Virus record (IMG/VR): IMGVR_UViG_3300003937_000378
Span: 1-52,892 of that record
Strand: one strand, 5' to 3'
DNA length: 52,892 nt
From: a virus
Lineage: Duplodnaviria; Caudoviricetes
Made by a program: the position numbers and the translations under genes
In this document: positions 44,671 to 52,892 of the stretch, piece by piece
Position numbering within the stretch: the first letter of the stretch is position 1
Layout of the letters: each line of letters begins with the position of its first letter
The notes under the pieces: generated by a model
Seen by the model: only the letters and a program-made list of their open reading frames with translations
Told to the model about the DNA's origin: nothing
Database searches by the model: none

Positions 44671-45348
44671 TTAGAACGATTTGGTCTGTGCTTTCTGGCG
44701 CTGTGCCTCACGCGCCTGCTGCTCAGGGGTATAGACCAAAATCAGACCGGAATCGATGGCCCCGACGATCCCACTAAAACGGACATAGACGTTTGGCAGA
44801 TTCCACACTGCCTCAGGGCTTGAGAACTTTGCGCCTACCCCTGAAACAACGTCGCTGGTTCCCTGGGTCGTCGGCTTCCCGAGCTTCTGCTGCAGCTGCT
44901 CAAAAAGCTGCTGCGCATGTTGAAACCCATCTGTTTCAACCATGAGTCCTTCGATTCTGCCATCTACAACAACCGCTGTGACGTTACGCGTGCCTGTAGG
45001 TCTCTTCTTTGAAACAGGCACAACAGTCAGCGCATCGTTGTTCCGCAGGTTAGGACGCGGGTCTTGGCGCATGTCCGAGGTCGCCCAGCACGCCGTTTCC
45101 AGCGATGACAGATCGTAAATTGCCCCGCCATAGAGTTGCTTTACGGGGCACTCACGCACCAGTCGTCCACCGACAAAAATTCCCATGAACTCAAAGCCGG
45201 TGTTCGGCCTTTCATCTGATCGGCGGGACGTATTCGCTTTTTCGACAGAGATAGCCTGCCGTTTGACCTCGCTCGGGTCCGGGGTCTGGGCACCAACTGT
45301 TCCGACTGCGCCAAGAGCCAGCAACACCAACGATTTCCGCCAATCCAT
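44671..45348 (-). CDS. exported hypothetical protein (moron in the immunity region)
   Basis: Signal peptide MDWRKSLVLLALGAVGTVGA; lower GC; GAGGA SD. Confidence 0.75.
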   Translation of the reverse strand: MDWRKSLVLLALGAVGTVGAQTPDPSEVKRQAISVEKANTSRRSDERPNTGFEFMGIFVGGRLVRECPVKQLYGGAIYDLSSLETACWATSDMRQDPRPNLRNNDALTVVPVSKKRPTGTRNVTAVVVDGRIEGLMVETDGFQHAQQLFEQLQQKLGKPTTQGTSDVVSGVGAKFSSPEAVWNLPNVYVRFSGIVGAIDSGLILVYTPEQQAREAQRQKAQTKSF

Positions 45349-45384
45349 TCCTATTCCTCGTGCTCCTTTGAGCTAGTAGCGTAG

Positions 45385-45430
45385 AAGCACGCTGAATAAG
45401 CGTGCTTGCATTCTTCGTATAAGCGTGCTT
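45385..45430. promoter_or_regulatory. left operators OL1-3 / pL
   Basis: AAGCACGCTG at 45385; AAGCGTGCTT at 45398 and 45421; same motif as OR. Confidence 0.85.
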
Positions 45431-45475
45431 TTATAGTTGCGCAGCCGGCTTCTGCCGCACACGGAGAGACACGCA

Positions 45476-45991
45476 ATGCCCCTGACCCTCAGCACCAAGC
45501 GCACCGCCCGCGTCGGCATGGCCGCCTTGGCGTGCTTCATCGCCCTGGGCGTGGTTGCCTGGGCCACCCCCACCGATGCACCCGCCGCGGCTACCGACGA
45601 CGCGCCAGACGGCCTCGTGATCACCAGCCCCCGCATCTGCGCCGCTCTGGCTGTGTATGAGCTGGCCGCCGGGGACGATTGGGCACTGCGTGCCACCGTC
45701 GCCAACACGACCCTCAACGCTTTCCGCGATGCAGACCGGGTGCCCGACTGCGCAGCCGGCGTCACTGCGGCGCTGACGCAGAACTTCGAGCCGGCGCGCT
45801 GGCAGCTTTCCCTCGACGCGGCAGATGCCGTCCTGAGCGGCTCCTATGAGATTTCCCCGGCGGCATGCGTCCGGGCCAATGCGGTTGTCCCCCTGTCGAC
45901 CGCAGACGGCAAAGAGCCGAGCACCTCCCCGGTGCTGGCCCGGGCGCAGTGCGTCATGCACGAACTGGCCTTCGTGGAGGTGGCGCCGTGA
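45476..45991 (+). CDS. exported protein, divergent SleB/cell-wall-hydrolase-like
   Basis: Signal/TM segment; ICAALAVYELAAGD...VANTTLN resembles the CLA..IY.EARGE...VA.V.LNR pattern. Confidence 0.55.
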   Translation: MPLTLSTKRTARVGMAALACFIALGVVAWATPTDAPAAATDDAPDGLVITSPRICAALAVYELAAGDDWALRATVANTTLNAFRDADRVPDCAAGVTAALTQNFEPARWQLSLDAADAVLSGSYEISPAACVRANAVVPLSTADGKEPSTSPVLARAQCVMHELAFVEVAP

Positions 45992-46272
45992 TCACCGGCC
46001 TCCTTACCGAACCGCGCGCCGCGATGATCGGCACACAGCGCCTGCCCCTGAGCCCCACTGAATCTAGGGTGCTGCAGCTGATCATCAACGCAGGTGACAC
46101 CCCGATCAGCCGCTTCCAGATCGAGCGGGAGATCTACGGCGCCTCTGGCCGCAAGTCGAACACCGTCGAGGTGACCATCTGCCGCCTGCGCCAGAAGCTG
46201 GCCCAGCACGGCTACCGCATTAATGCCACCCGCAGCCGTGGCTACACGATCAGCCAGGTCGGTGCAGCATGA
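45988..46272 (+). CDS. stand-alone OmpR/PhoB-type winged-helix domain
   Basis: LSPTESRVLQL..SR..I..EIY..SNTVEVTICRLRQKL..I...RSRGY. Confidence 0.85.
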   Translation: MITGLLTEPRAAMIGTQRLPLSPTESRVLQLIINAGDTPISRFQIEREIYGASGRKSNTVEVTICRLRQKLAQHGYRINATRSRGYTISQVGAA

Positions 46273-46493
46273 TCGCCGTCATCACCTACCCGCTCGCACA
46301 GCGCGCGGCCGTTGCCGCCAAGGCAGCCGCTACCGCCGCCACTGGTATGGGCTTCGCCCCGAATCAGGTCGCCGCAGCCGCTGACGTTGCCGCGCACGCA
46401 GTGCTCGAGCGCCGCTCCAGCGCCGGCCGAGCCATTGCCGACGTGCGCAAGAACCTTCGCCGCATGATGCGGGCACAAGGCGGTGCTGCATGA
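46269..46493 (+). CDS. early hypothetical protein
   Basis: ATGA-coupled, ends GGAA. Confidence 0.7.
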   Translation: MIAVITYPLAQRAAVAAKAAATAATGMGFAPNQVAAAADVAAHAVLERRSSAGRAIADVRKNLRRMMRAQGGAA

Positions 46494-46684
46494 GGGCGCC
46501 TGCGATCAAGCTCCCAGCACCCGATCTGACGCCCGACCAGCGCGCGGTCTTGGAGCGCGCGAAGCGCCCCCGCCGCCATCCCTACCGTGTGTATTGCACG
46601 CACCAGGCGAGCGCGCAGCGTCAGCGCGAGGCAGAAGAGCAACGCCAGCGCGTCGCGCCGAACCTGCACAGGTTGGTGCGCTGA
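46490..46684 (+). CDS. early hypothetical protein
   Basis: Coupled 64-aa ORF. Confidence 0.6.
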   Translation: MRAPAIKLPAPDLTPDQRAVLERAKRPRRHPYRVYCTHQASAQRQREAEEQRQRVAPNLHRLVR

Positions 46685-46929
46685 TGGACGGCCTGCATCC
46701 GATCGGCGGCGGCTTGGACGCGGTGATCGTCAGCACGGCCGCACCGACGCCCGAAGAACGGCTGCAGCGGTATGCGGCGGCCGTTGCTGCCCACCCGTGC
46801 CGCTGGTTCTCGCTGCGCGTGCAGTTCGGGCAGATCCTGCAGCGCTCGCTCAAGAGCGGCCGCCGGGTGGGCTACGCAGCCTGGCAACGGCAGATGCCGG
46901 CTCTCTGGCCCCGGGTACACATCAACTGA
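46684..46929 (+). CDS. early hypothetical protein
   Basis: TGATG coupling, 81 aa. Confidence 0.6.
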   Translation: MDGLHPIGGGLDAVIVSTAAPTPEERLQRYAAAVAAHPCRWFSLRVQFGQILQRSLKSGRRVGYAAWQRQMPALWPRVHIN

Positions 46930-46944
46930 CTGGAGAAGCTTCGT

Positions 46945-47169
46945 ATGCCGACCATCACTGTCGACGTCGACCTTGACGACTTCGATGACCAGGACCTCTT
47001 GGAGGAGTGCAGGGTTCGCGGTCTCAATGTGCTGCCCACTGCCCCTGCCGATGTGCCTGTTGCGGAGCTGGTTGTAGAGCGCGCCTATCTCGCGGCTCGC
47101 GCCATGACCGAACTTCCGCAGGAGCTGAAAGACATGTTCTGGGTCGTGCATGGCCGCGCAATCGCATGA
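46945..47169 (+). CDS. small acidic early protein
   Basis: GGAG SD; VDVDLDDFDDQDLLEECRVRG. Confidence 0.75.
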   Translation: MPTITVDVDLDDFDDQDLLEECRVRGLNVLPTAPADVPVAELVVERAYLAARAMTELPQELKDMFWVVHGRAIA

Positions 47170-47188
47170 CGTCGAAGGGCCGCCTGAG

Positions 47189-47395
47189 ATGGACCTCCGC
47201 AACCAGCTCGACATCTTCGACCACGACCCAGCCCGCCTGGCCAAGGCCAACCGCGCCGCCGCCGAGCACGCACTGACCGATCCGTTCTTCTCCGCGAAGG
47301 TCCGTCAGGACCGCCACGACTACTACATCGCCGAAGCCGAACGCCTTGAGCGCTTGGCAGCCATGGCCGAGAAGCCGGCCACCACCGCAGCCTGA
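47189..47395 (+). CDS. early hypothetical protein
   Basis: 68 aa MDLRNQLDIF..., good codon usage. Confidence 0.7.
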   Translation: MDLRNQLDIFDHDPARLAKANRAAAEHALTDPFFSAKVRQDRHDYYIAEAERLERLAAMAEKPATTAA

Positions 47396-47405
47396 GATCT
47401 CCCGA

Positions 47406-47858
47406 ATGAAACAGCCTCAGCCCAGCGAAGCCAAATCTTCAACTCCGATCCCCGACAGCGCGATTGAAGCGTTCCGCGCTGCCTACGCCACCCACGGCGC
47501 CCAGAAGGGCTACGCCGAGGCCATCCGCGCCGGCCTCGCCGCCGCGGCGCCACTGATCAGCCATGACGCCATGCTCTCGCTCGAGCAGGATGCGCAGGCC
47601 TACCTGGTGCGCCAACTGGACATTGCCCTGAATGGTGAAGCCGCCGCAGCGCGCGAGCCGGTGCTGGGTGATCTTCTAAGCCAGTGCCAGGACGAGGTTC
47701 GCCGCCGCAGCGGCCCAGTTCTAACCACGCTTCCGATTGGCGTGCAGCACCACCTACGGCAGGTGTTCAGCGATATGGCCGATCGCGCGCGCCTGCTGTC
47801 CGACGCCGCCGTGCGTGAAGTTGTGCTGATGGGCACTACGGAGGTGCGCTGTGGCTGA
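47406..47858 (+). CDS. early hypothetical protein
   Basis: 150 aa, helical. Confidence 0.65.
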   Translation: MKQPQPSEAKSSTPIPDSAIEAFRAAYATHGAQKGYAEAIRAGLAAAAPLISHDAMLSLEQDAQAYLVRQLDIALNGEAAAAREPVLGDLLSQCQDEVRRRSGPVLTTLPIGVQHHLRQVFSDMADRARLLSDAAVREVVLMGTTEVRCG

Positions 47859-47862
47859 TCAC

Positions 47863-48099
47863 TCAGTCCAGGTCCAACGGATGAGCTCGCGCGTAGTCAG
47901 CCCCCAGGCCTTCGGCGATTCTCTCGGCCTCATCCTGGCTTGCGTGGTGCGCCATCGTGTGATCACGGAACGCAGGCGCGTCATCACCCTCGCGCCAGAC
48001 CTCAACTTCCGCGCGCCAGAACGGCAGCGGTTGGCCCTCTGCGATGTACTGGGAGTCGATGTCCAGATGCCATCCGGAAACCAATCGGGTGAAAGGCAT
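47863..48099 (-). CDS. antisense-oriented small protein
   Basis: 78 aa MPFTRLVSGWHLDID...; protein-like composition; fully overlaps + strand ORF 47851-48105. Confidence 0.5.
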   Translation of the reverse strand: MPFTRLVSGWHLDIDSQYIAEGQPLPFWRAEVEVWREGDDAPAFRDHTMAHHASQDEAERIAEGLGADYARAHPLDLD

Positions 48100-48883
48100 G
48101 GCTAAGCGTCCGATACTGACGAATGGAACCATCGTACGCGCTTCCCTGGCGGACGTGCAGCCCGGTGGGAGGGTGAGGCTGGAGGATCATCGCTCCGACC
48201 TGGTGCCGGGCATCGTGCGCTGTGCGAAGTGCCAGTTCCAGCTTGTGCGGTCGAATCTCAACATGCACGACGGAACCGTGACCGCTGGCGACAGCAAGAC
48301 TGAGCCGTGCCCGAATGGCTGCGGCCCGCTCTGGCCCGTAACGTGGGAAACGTGGGCGCGCGAAGGCTGGGCCGAGGCCGAACGACTGCACCTGGAGAAT
48401 GCCGCCCTCTCTGCCCAGCCCTCCCCGGGTGGTCAGGGGGATGCGCTTTTGGAATCGCTGGTCGCCCGGTGGCGCAACCACGCCGAGGAGATCGGAGTCA
48501 GCGACAACTTGCTGTGCCAGAAGATCGCGAACTGCACGATGCGACACGCGGCCGAACTGCAGGCCGCCCTCGCCGCCCGCCAGCCGGTGGGGGAGCCGGT
48601 GGCTTGGTACTACGGTTTCTCTGACACCGGCGAGGCCGGGCCGGTCACATTCGGCGGGAACCCTGGCGCGGAAGCAATCGCATGGGCAGAGCGCCACGGT
48701 CACACGCTGCACTACCTCTACGCCGCCCCGCCCGCGAAGCAGCCCGCGAAGGCCGTGGACCTGGGTGCGGTGCGCGAGGCCGTCCGCAAAGCATGGCAAA
48801 AATGCGCCGCTGGCGAGAGTGTCGACCTTCAGTTCGGCACGCTGTTGGCCCTGATCGACGGCCAGGCGGTGGGCAATGGCTAA
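48098..48883 (+). CDS. mosaic early protein with zinc ribbon
   Basis: RCAKC..EPCPNGCGPLWPVTW; ARQPVGEPVAW and LYAAP linkers typical of Ea/Ead-type mosaics. Confidence 0.75.
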   Translation: MAKRPILTNGTIVRASLADVQPGGRVRLEDHRSDLVPGIVRCAKCQFQLVRSNLNMHDGTVTAGDSKTEPCPNGCGPLWPVTWETWAREGWAEAERLHLENAALSAQPSPGGQGDALLESLVARWRNHAEEIGVSDNLLCQKIANCTMRHAAELQAALAARQPVGEPVAWYYGFSDTGEAGPVTFGGNPGAEAIAWAERHGHTLHYLYAAPPAKQPAKAVDLGAVREAVRKAWQKCAAGESVDLQFGTLLALIDGQAVGNG

Positions 48884-49238
48884 CCAGACGACTGGCGGCG
48901 CTCTGCCGGATGTCGAGCTGCAGATCCTTCGCCACGCCCTGGGCGTCGGCGAAGGCGGCTTGGAGCGCAGCTACCGCAGTCACTTCGTCACCGGCCCCGG
49001 CGGCGCCGACCACCAGTACTGCATGGCGCTGGTCGCTCGCGGGTTCATGGTTCGGCGAGCGGGCAACGCGATCACCGGCGGCAGCGACCTGTTCAACGTC
49101 ACCCAGGCCGGCCGCGCAGCGGTGCAGGAGCACACTCCACCACAGCCGAAACTGACCAGGTCGCAGCAGCGCTACCAGCAGTTCCTGCGCTACGACGGTG
49201 GCGTGACGTTCGGCGAGTATCTGCGGGGCTGGCGATGA
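48876..49238 (+). CDS. phage hypothetical protein
   Basis: ILRHALG..YRSHFVTG..LTRSQQRY. Confidence 0.78.
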   Translation: MANQTTGGALPDVELQILRHALGVGEGGLERSYRSHFVTGPGGADHQYCMALVARGFMVRRAGNAITGGSDLFNVTQAGRAAVQEHTPPQPKLTRSQQRYQQFLRYDGGVTFGEYLRGWR

Positions 49239-49429
49239 AGGCGATCACCACCAACACGTCGGCGCTTATGGCTGACCAGCTGCTGCTGTTTCCGATCATG
49301 ACGTTCGATGTTGAGGACGCCATCCAGAAGATCCTGACGCTGCGCCGGAAGTACTGCTGCAGCGGTCATGCCGGCGAAGACATTGAGCTTATCCGGGCCG
49401 CATTGATGGAGGAGCACGGCCATGGCTGA
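49235..49429 (+). CDS. small hypothetical protein
   Basis: Coupled at both ends. Confidence 0.55.
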   Translation: MKAITTNTSALMADQLLLFPIMTFDVEDAIQKILTLRRKYCCSGHAGEDIELIRAALMEEHGHG

Positions 49430-50165
49430 CCAGCTGCTCACCGCTGCGCCATGGAAAGGGAAAGGCGCCATCGATCAAGATCTGGCCCTCAAGGTCGCCG
49501 ACGGCATTGTTTCGCGGAGACTGGTTAAGGGGTGGTCGCGTCAAGCCATCCTATCAAGCATCGAGGGAGGTCCGTCGCCATGCGGGCGTGCGTTCTATTT
49601 GATGCGCGGTGGCGTCATCGTCGTCGCCCTCTTCCCGATGACGCAGCTGAGCGATATGAACGGTCGCGGGTACTGGTACTCAATCCGCGACCTGTTCCCG
49701 CCGCTTCCCGATCGCACCCATGCAGGTACCGACGATCTGCAGCCGTTCCAGGTCGGTGACAAGGTCTGGGCTTGGTACAAGGACGAGCCCAGGGCTGATT
49801 ATGGCCAACCCGATCAGCCGGGCGACGACACACGCTGGAGTCGGTGCTTTCCTCTGTTCACCGTCAAGAGCGTGACGGGTCCACACCTCGAACCGGCAAA
49901 GTTCGCCGGTCGATCGCACTACCAGGTGCAGCTCAGGTATCGCGAAGGGCCGCCCGCCACCCACTACGACGCGGGCTACCACGACGTTTGCCCGATCAAG
50001 GGGCGTCCCTGGCAGATGCGCGGAGACGGCGACTACCTGCAGTTGGTGCACCGTGCACCGCCTGCGGCAAAGCCACGCCGTGCTGCTGCGGTGCCACCGC
50101 CCACCCCCACCCTGCCGCCGCCGTTGCCGTTGCCGTTGCCGGCCCAACTGGACCTGTTCGCATGA
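49422..50165 (+). CDS. phage hypothetical protein
   Basis: 247 aa, Pro-rich linker, ends AQLDLFA (beta-clamp-like motif). Confidence 0.7.
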   Translation: MADQLLTAAPWKGKGAIDQDLALKVADGIVSRRLVKGWSRQAILSSIEGGPSPCGRAFYLMRGGVIVVALFPMTQLSDMNGRGYWYSIRDLFPPLPDRTHAGTDDLQPFQVGDKVWAWYKDEPRADYGQPDQPGDDTRWSRCFPLFTVKSVTGPHLEPAKFAGRSHYQVQLRYREGPPATHYDAGYHDVCPIKGRPWQMRGDGDYLQLVHRAPPAAKPRRAAAVPPPTPTLPPPLPLPLPAQLDLFA

Positions 50166-51352
50166 TCCACATCGGAGACTGCCTGAAAGTGATGCGCGGC
50201 ATGGCCGACAACTCAGTTGATGCCGTCGTGACCGATCCACCCTACGGCCTGTCGTTTATGGGCAAGCGCTGGGATTACGACGTACCCAGCACCGAGATTT
50301 GGGCCGAGTGCCTGCGCGTGTTGAAGCCAGGCGGCCACCTGCTGGCGTTCGCCGGCACACGTACGCAGCACCGCATGGCAGTGCGAATTGAGGATGCTGG
50401 CTTCGAGATCCGCGACATGATCGCGTGGGTCTACGGCAGCGGTTTCCCAAAGTCGCACAACGGTGCTTGGGGCGGTACCGCTCTGAAGCCAGCGCTCGAA
50501 CCGATCACCGTCGCCCGCAAGCCTCTTACAGGTACGGTGGCAGCCAACTGGCATCAGCATGGCACCGGTGGGCTCAACATCGACTCTTGCCGGATCGAGA
50601 CGATGGACAAGCTCGGCGGCGGCGACCAATCGGCCGCGCCGAAGATTGCTTCCGATGGTTGGCACCGGCCATGGATGGAGGACGAGCAGGCAAAAGCCGC
50701 ACATGCTGACCGTTGCAACACCAACGTAGCGAAGGCGGAAGCGCTGGGTCGCTGGCCTGCTAACCTGATCCACGATGGCAGCGAGGAAGTACTCGCGGCA
50801 TTCCCTGCAGCGCCGGGACAGAAAGCGGACCTGAGCGATGATGGGGAAAGCGCCCGATTCTCGGTCGTCTACGACGGCGGGCCCCTCCCGCGAGGCGGCG
50901 AAGCGAGTTCGAACAGCGTCAACGATGGAGCGGTGGGCTTCAAGATGCGTCCTGGTGCACGCCGTTTGGATAGCGGCAGCGCTGCCCGGTTCTTCTACTG
51001 CGCCAAGGCAACGCGTGAAGACCGCAACGACGGCCTCGATTCTGGCCCGGTGCCAGCAGTCTCGGCTGGCGCAACGATGCGCGACCGCGAGACTGCCAAC
51101 TGGCCGGCGCGGAACGGCAACCACCACCCCACCGTGAAGCCGACTGACCTCATGCGCTACCTGTGCCGGCTTGTCACTCCTGCCGGCGGCATGGTGCTGG
51201 ACCCGTTCATGGGTAGCGGCAGCACCGGCAAAGCTGCCGTTCTCGAGGGCTTCCAGTTCATCGGCATCGAGCTGGACCCCGCCTATGCCGCAATCGCCGA
51301 GGCGCGCATCCGGGTCGCACAGCCTGGCCTTTCATTTGGAGACGTCGCATGA
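50162..51352 (+). CDS. orphan DNA amino-methyltransferase (N4C/N6A, beta class)
   Basis: GDCL, TDPPY, HPTVKP, LDPFMGSGST; start moved to 50162. Confidence 0.94.
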   Translation: MIHIGDCLKVMRGMADNSVDAVVTDPPYGLSFMGKRWDYDVPSTEIWAECLRVLKPGGHLLAFAGTRTQHRMAVRIEDAGFEIRDMIAWVYGSGFPKSHNGAWGGTALKPALEPITVARKPLTGTVAANWHQHGTGGLNIDSCRIETMDKLGGGDQSAAPKIASDGWHRPWMEDEQAKAAHADRCNTNVAKAEALGRWPANLIHDGSEEVLAAFPAAPGQKADLSDDGESARFSVVYDGGPLPRGGEASSNSVNDGAVGFKMRPGARRLDSGSAARFFYCAKATREDRNDGLDSGPVPAVSAGATMRDRETANWPARNGNHHPTVKPTDLMRYLCRLVTPAGGMVLDPFMGSGSTGKAAVLEGFQFIGIELDPAYAAIAEARIRVAQPGLSFGDVA

Positions 51353-51675
51353 GCCCAGGACGCAACGCCGCATCTATCCGCGCTGCTCTTCGCGGCCCAG
51401 CGCCCGCGCACGTAACGGCGCGCGACATGATCCGCCGCCACTGCCGGGAGCACGGCAAGCAGCTTGCCTGCCTTGCGCCCGCCTGGGGCTGCCAGGTGTT
51501 CAGCGTTTGGCGCGCATTCGGCCGGACGTCCCGCCCCCTGCAGCCGCATCAGGTTGAGGGCGCGATCACAACGCTGCAGCTGGACGAGTTCGATGCGAAC
51601 GAGCTACGGCTGCGTGCTGCTCGCGAAGCAGGGTGGCACATCGATCCCAAGATGCTGCTCGAGGGCGGAGCATGA
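51349..51675 (+). CDS. hypothetical protein, HTH-like
   Basis: Coupled 108-aa ORF. Confidence 0.65.
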   Translation: MSPGRNAASIRAALRGPAPAHVTARDMIRRHCREHGKQLACLAPAWGCQVFSVWRAFGRTSRPLQPHQVEGAITTLQLDEFDANELRLRAAREAGWHIDPKMLLEGGA

Positions 51676-52244
51676 GCGGCGATGCCTCGACCATCAGCAC
51701 AGCACCGCCGCAGACTGCGAGTGACGCCGTGCGCGAGATGCGAGCAGCAGGCCGCGCCGGGCATGCGGTGCCGGCCGATCAGGTGAATCGATGGGCCACC
51801 ACGCTGATGCGTCTGTTCGGCCAGCAGCGGGCCGTCAGGCTCGAGCAATGGGGCGGATCGTTCTGGTATCAGATCGATGAAAGGCAGTGGTACCGAGCCC
51901 TTGCAGCTGGCGAACAGGTCCGGGCTCTTTACACCCAGCCGCTTCTCCACGAGGTCCGCAGGGCCGGCAAAGATCGGGATCACATCTGGTCGGCGGATCG
52001 AACGCACTGCACCGTCTGTAACGACCCCTTCGATTGGGCCGATCCGTACTGCAACCCACCCAAGCCGCCGGCCCCGATCGCCCTGAAACCCCAGCCGTTC
52101 AATCCGTCCTGGGTTCTCCCGCTGCTCGACCGACTGGAGCGAGCGTTGAAGCGTGAAGGCAAGCGGGAAAGGGACGAGTGGGGTTTCCGAATTGCGCAGA
52201 TGCGTAAGTCAATCGAAGAGCATACGAAGGAGAAATCACATTGA
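51672..52244 (+). CDS. hypothetical protein with His/Cys motif
   Basis: HIW..CTVC..C; coupled. Confidence 0.65.
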   Translation: MSGDASTISTAPPQTASDAVREMRAAGRAGHAVPADQVNRWATTLMRLFGQQRAVRLEQWGGSFWYQIDERQWYRALAAGEQVRALYTQPLLHEVRRAGKDRDHIWSADRTHCTVCNDPFDWADPYCNPPKPPAPIALKPQPFNPSWVLPLLDRLERALKREGKRERDEWGFRIAQMRKSIEEHTKEKSH

Positions 52245-52651
52245 CCGTTGAGCACATCAAGGCCGCCGCTGGCGAGCGGTCACCACTGATCCACCAGCAG
52301 CGCGCGGCCATAGCGGTTGCAGCAGCTCTCGAAACCGCCCTGACCAGCACGCGCCCCGCCAGCGGCGGCGGCCGCGCATTGACCTTCACCTTTGCCGGTG
52401 AGCCGCAGCTGCAGGCCGCGTGCGACGCCTGGCGCGCATACGCCCTCGCCACCATCGACACGCAGGCGCCGCTGGCGGAGACGGCGGCCCAGCGGCTGAC
52501 GGCCCAGATCGGCCTTGCCCTTTTCGATGACCCCACCATGGACCTGACACAGATCGCAAACCTTGTGTCCACGGCGCGGTTGGATTCGCACACTGCGCTG
52601 CTGTTGGCGCCCACCACTGAAGTAACGGAGGCCCGAGATGGGCGCAGCTGA
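52241..52651 (+). CDS. hypothetical protein
   Basis: TTG start with AAGGAG SD. Confidence 0.65.
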   Translation: MTVEHIKAAAGERSPLIHQQRAAIAVAAALETALTSTRPASGGGRALTFTFAGEPQLQAACDAWRAYALATIDTQAPLAETAAQRLTAQIGLALFDDPTMDLTQIANLVSTARLDSHTALLLAPTTEVTEARDGRS

Positions 52652-52892
52652 GAACATCCCCGAAGTCCTGCTGAAGCTCGAACAGGTCGAAGCCCAGACC
52701 GGGATGAAGAAGAGCTACATCTACCGCGAGATGGAGAAGGGCACTTTCCCGCCCAGGCACAAGGTCGGCGGCGGCACTCGCTGGTACCAGAGCGACATCC
52801 AGCGTTGGATCCGCGCACGTAGGAGCGCCCCGCAGTGGACGCCCGAGGATGTGGGGCGACCAGCGGCCAACTGCGACAGCAGCGGAGCGTAA
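52638..52892 (+). CDS. xis: AlpA-family excisionase
   Basis: LLKLEQVEAQTGMKKSYIYREMEKGTFP...RWYQSDIQRWI; last gene of the early-left operon. Confidence 0.85.
   Translation: MGAAENIPEVLLKLEQVEAQTGMKKSYIYREMEKGTFPPRHKVGGGTRWYQSDIQRWIRARRSAPQWTPEDVGRPAANCDSSGA

Larger units (their letters stand above)
4500..52892. mobile_element. lambda-like temperate siphovirus prophage (right att just outside window)
   Basis: Complete module set: int, tail, head, terminase, lysis, Q, replication, immunity, early genes, xis. Confidence 0.95.

Noticed and set aside
50090-50142. CCGTTG microsatellite as a phase-variation tract
   Set aside because: In-frame hexamer encoding a Pro-Leu linker; length change would not shift frame

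Overview
High-GC DNA, most likely from a Xanthomonadales host (Stenotrophomonas-like; inferred from a TTAG-N6-TACTA LexA box and gene content). It holds two mobile elements in tandem, joined at the 3' half of a tRNA with a CAT anticodon (Ile2-like, 4455-4499). (1) Positions 1-4454 are the integrase end of a P4-like phage satellite: int, iteron triplets around an IHF site, alpA, ogr/delta, an ash ORF containing a complete C4/CI-type antisense RNA with both target pairs, and the start of a Toprim primase. (2) Positions ~4500-52892 are an apparently near-complete lambda-like siphoprophage. From left to right it carries int; accessory genes (ClpP/SDH-class protease, LexA-controlled umuDC, an HTH/antirepressor-like gene behind a ~290-nt structured leader, SRAP); tail (alpha/beta-hydrolase fibre, split gpJ, G/T frameshift); head and packaging; lysis; Dam; a lower-GC nuclease-like moron; a Lar-Q fusion; the nin region (SNF2, nucleases, KilA antirepressor); O/P replication with ori; cII/cro/cI with six operators; and the early-left operon ending in an AlpA-type excisionase. 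The best candidates for undescribed biology are the structured-leader locus (9391-10170), the protease moron with its overlapping ORF, the nuclease-like moron and phased repeats at the late promoter, and the divergent gene pair sharing one CATG. All calls come from reading the sequence by eye; no searches were run.
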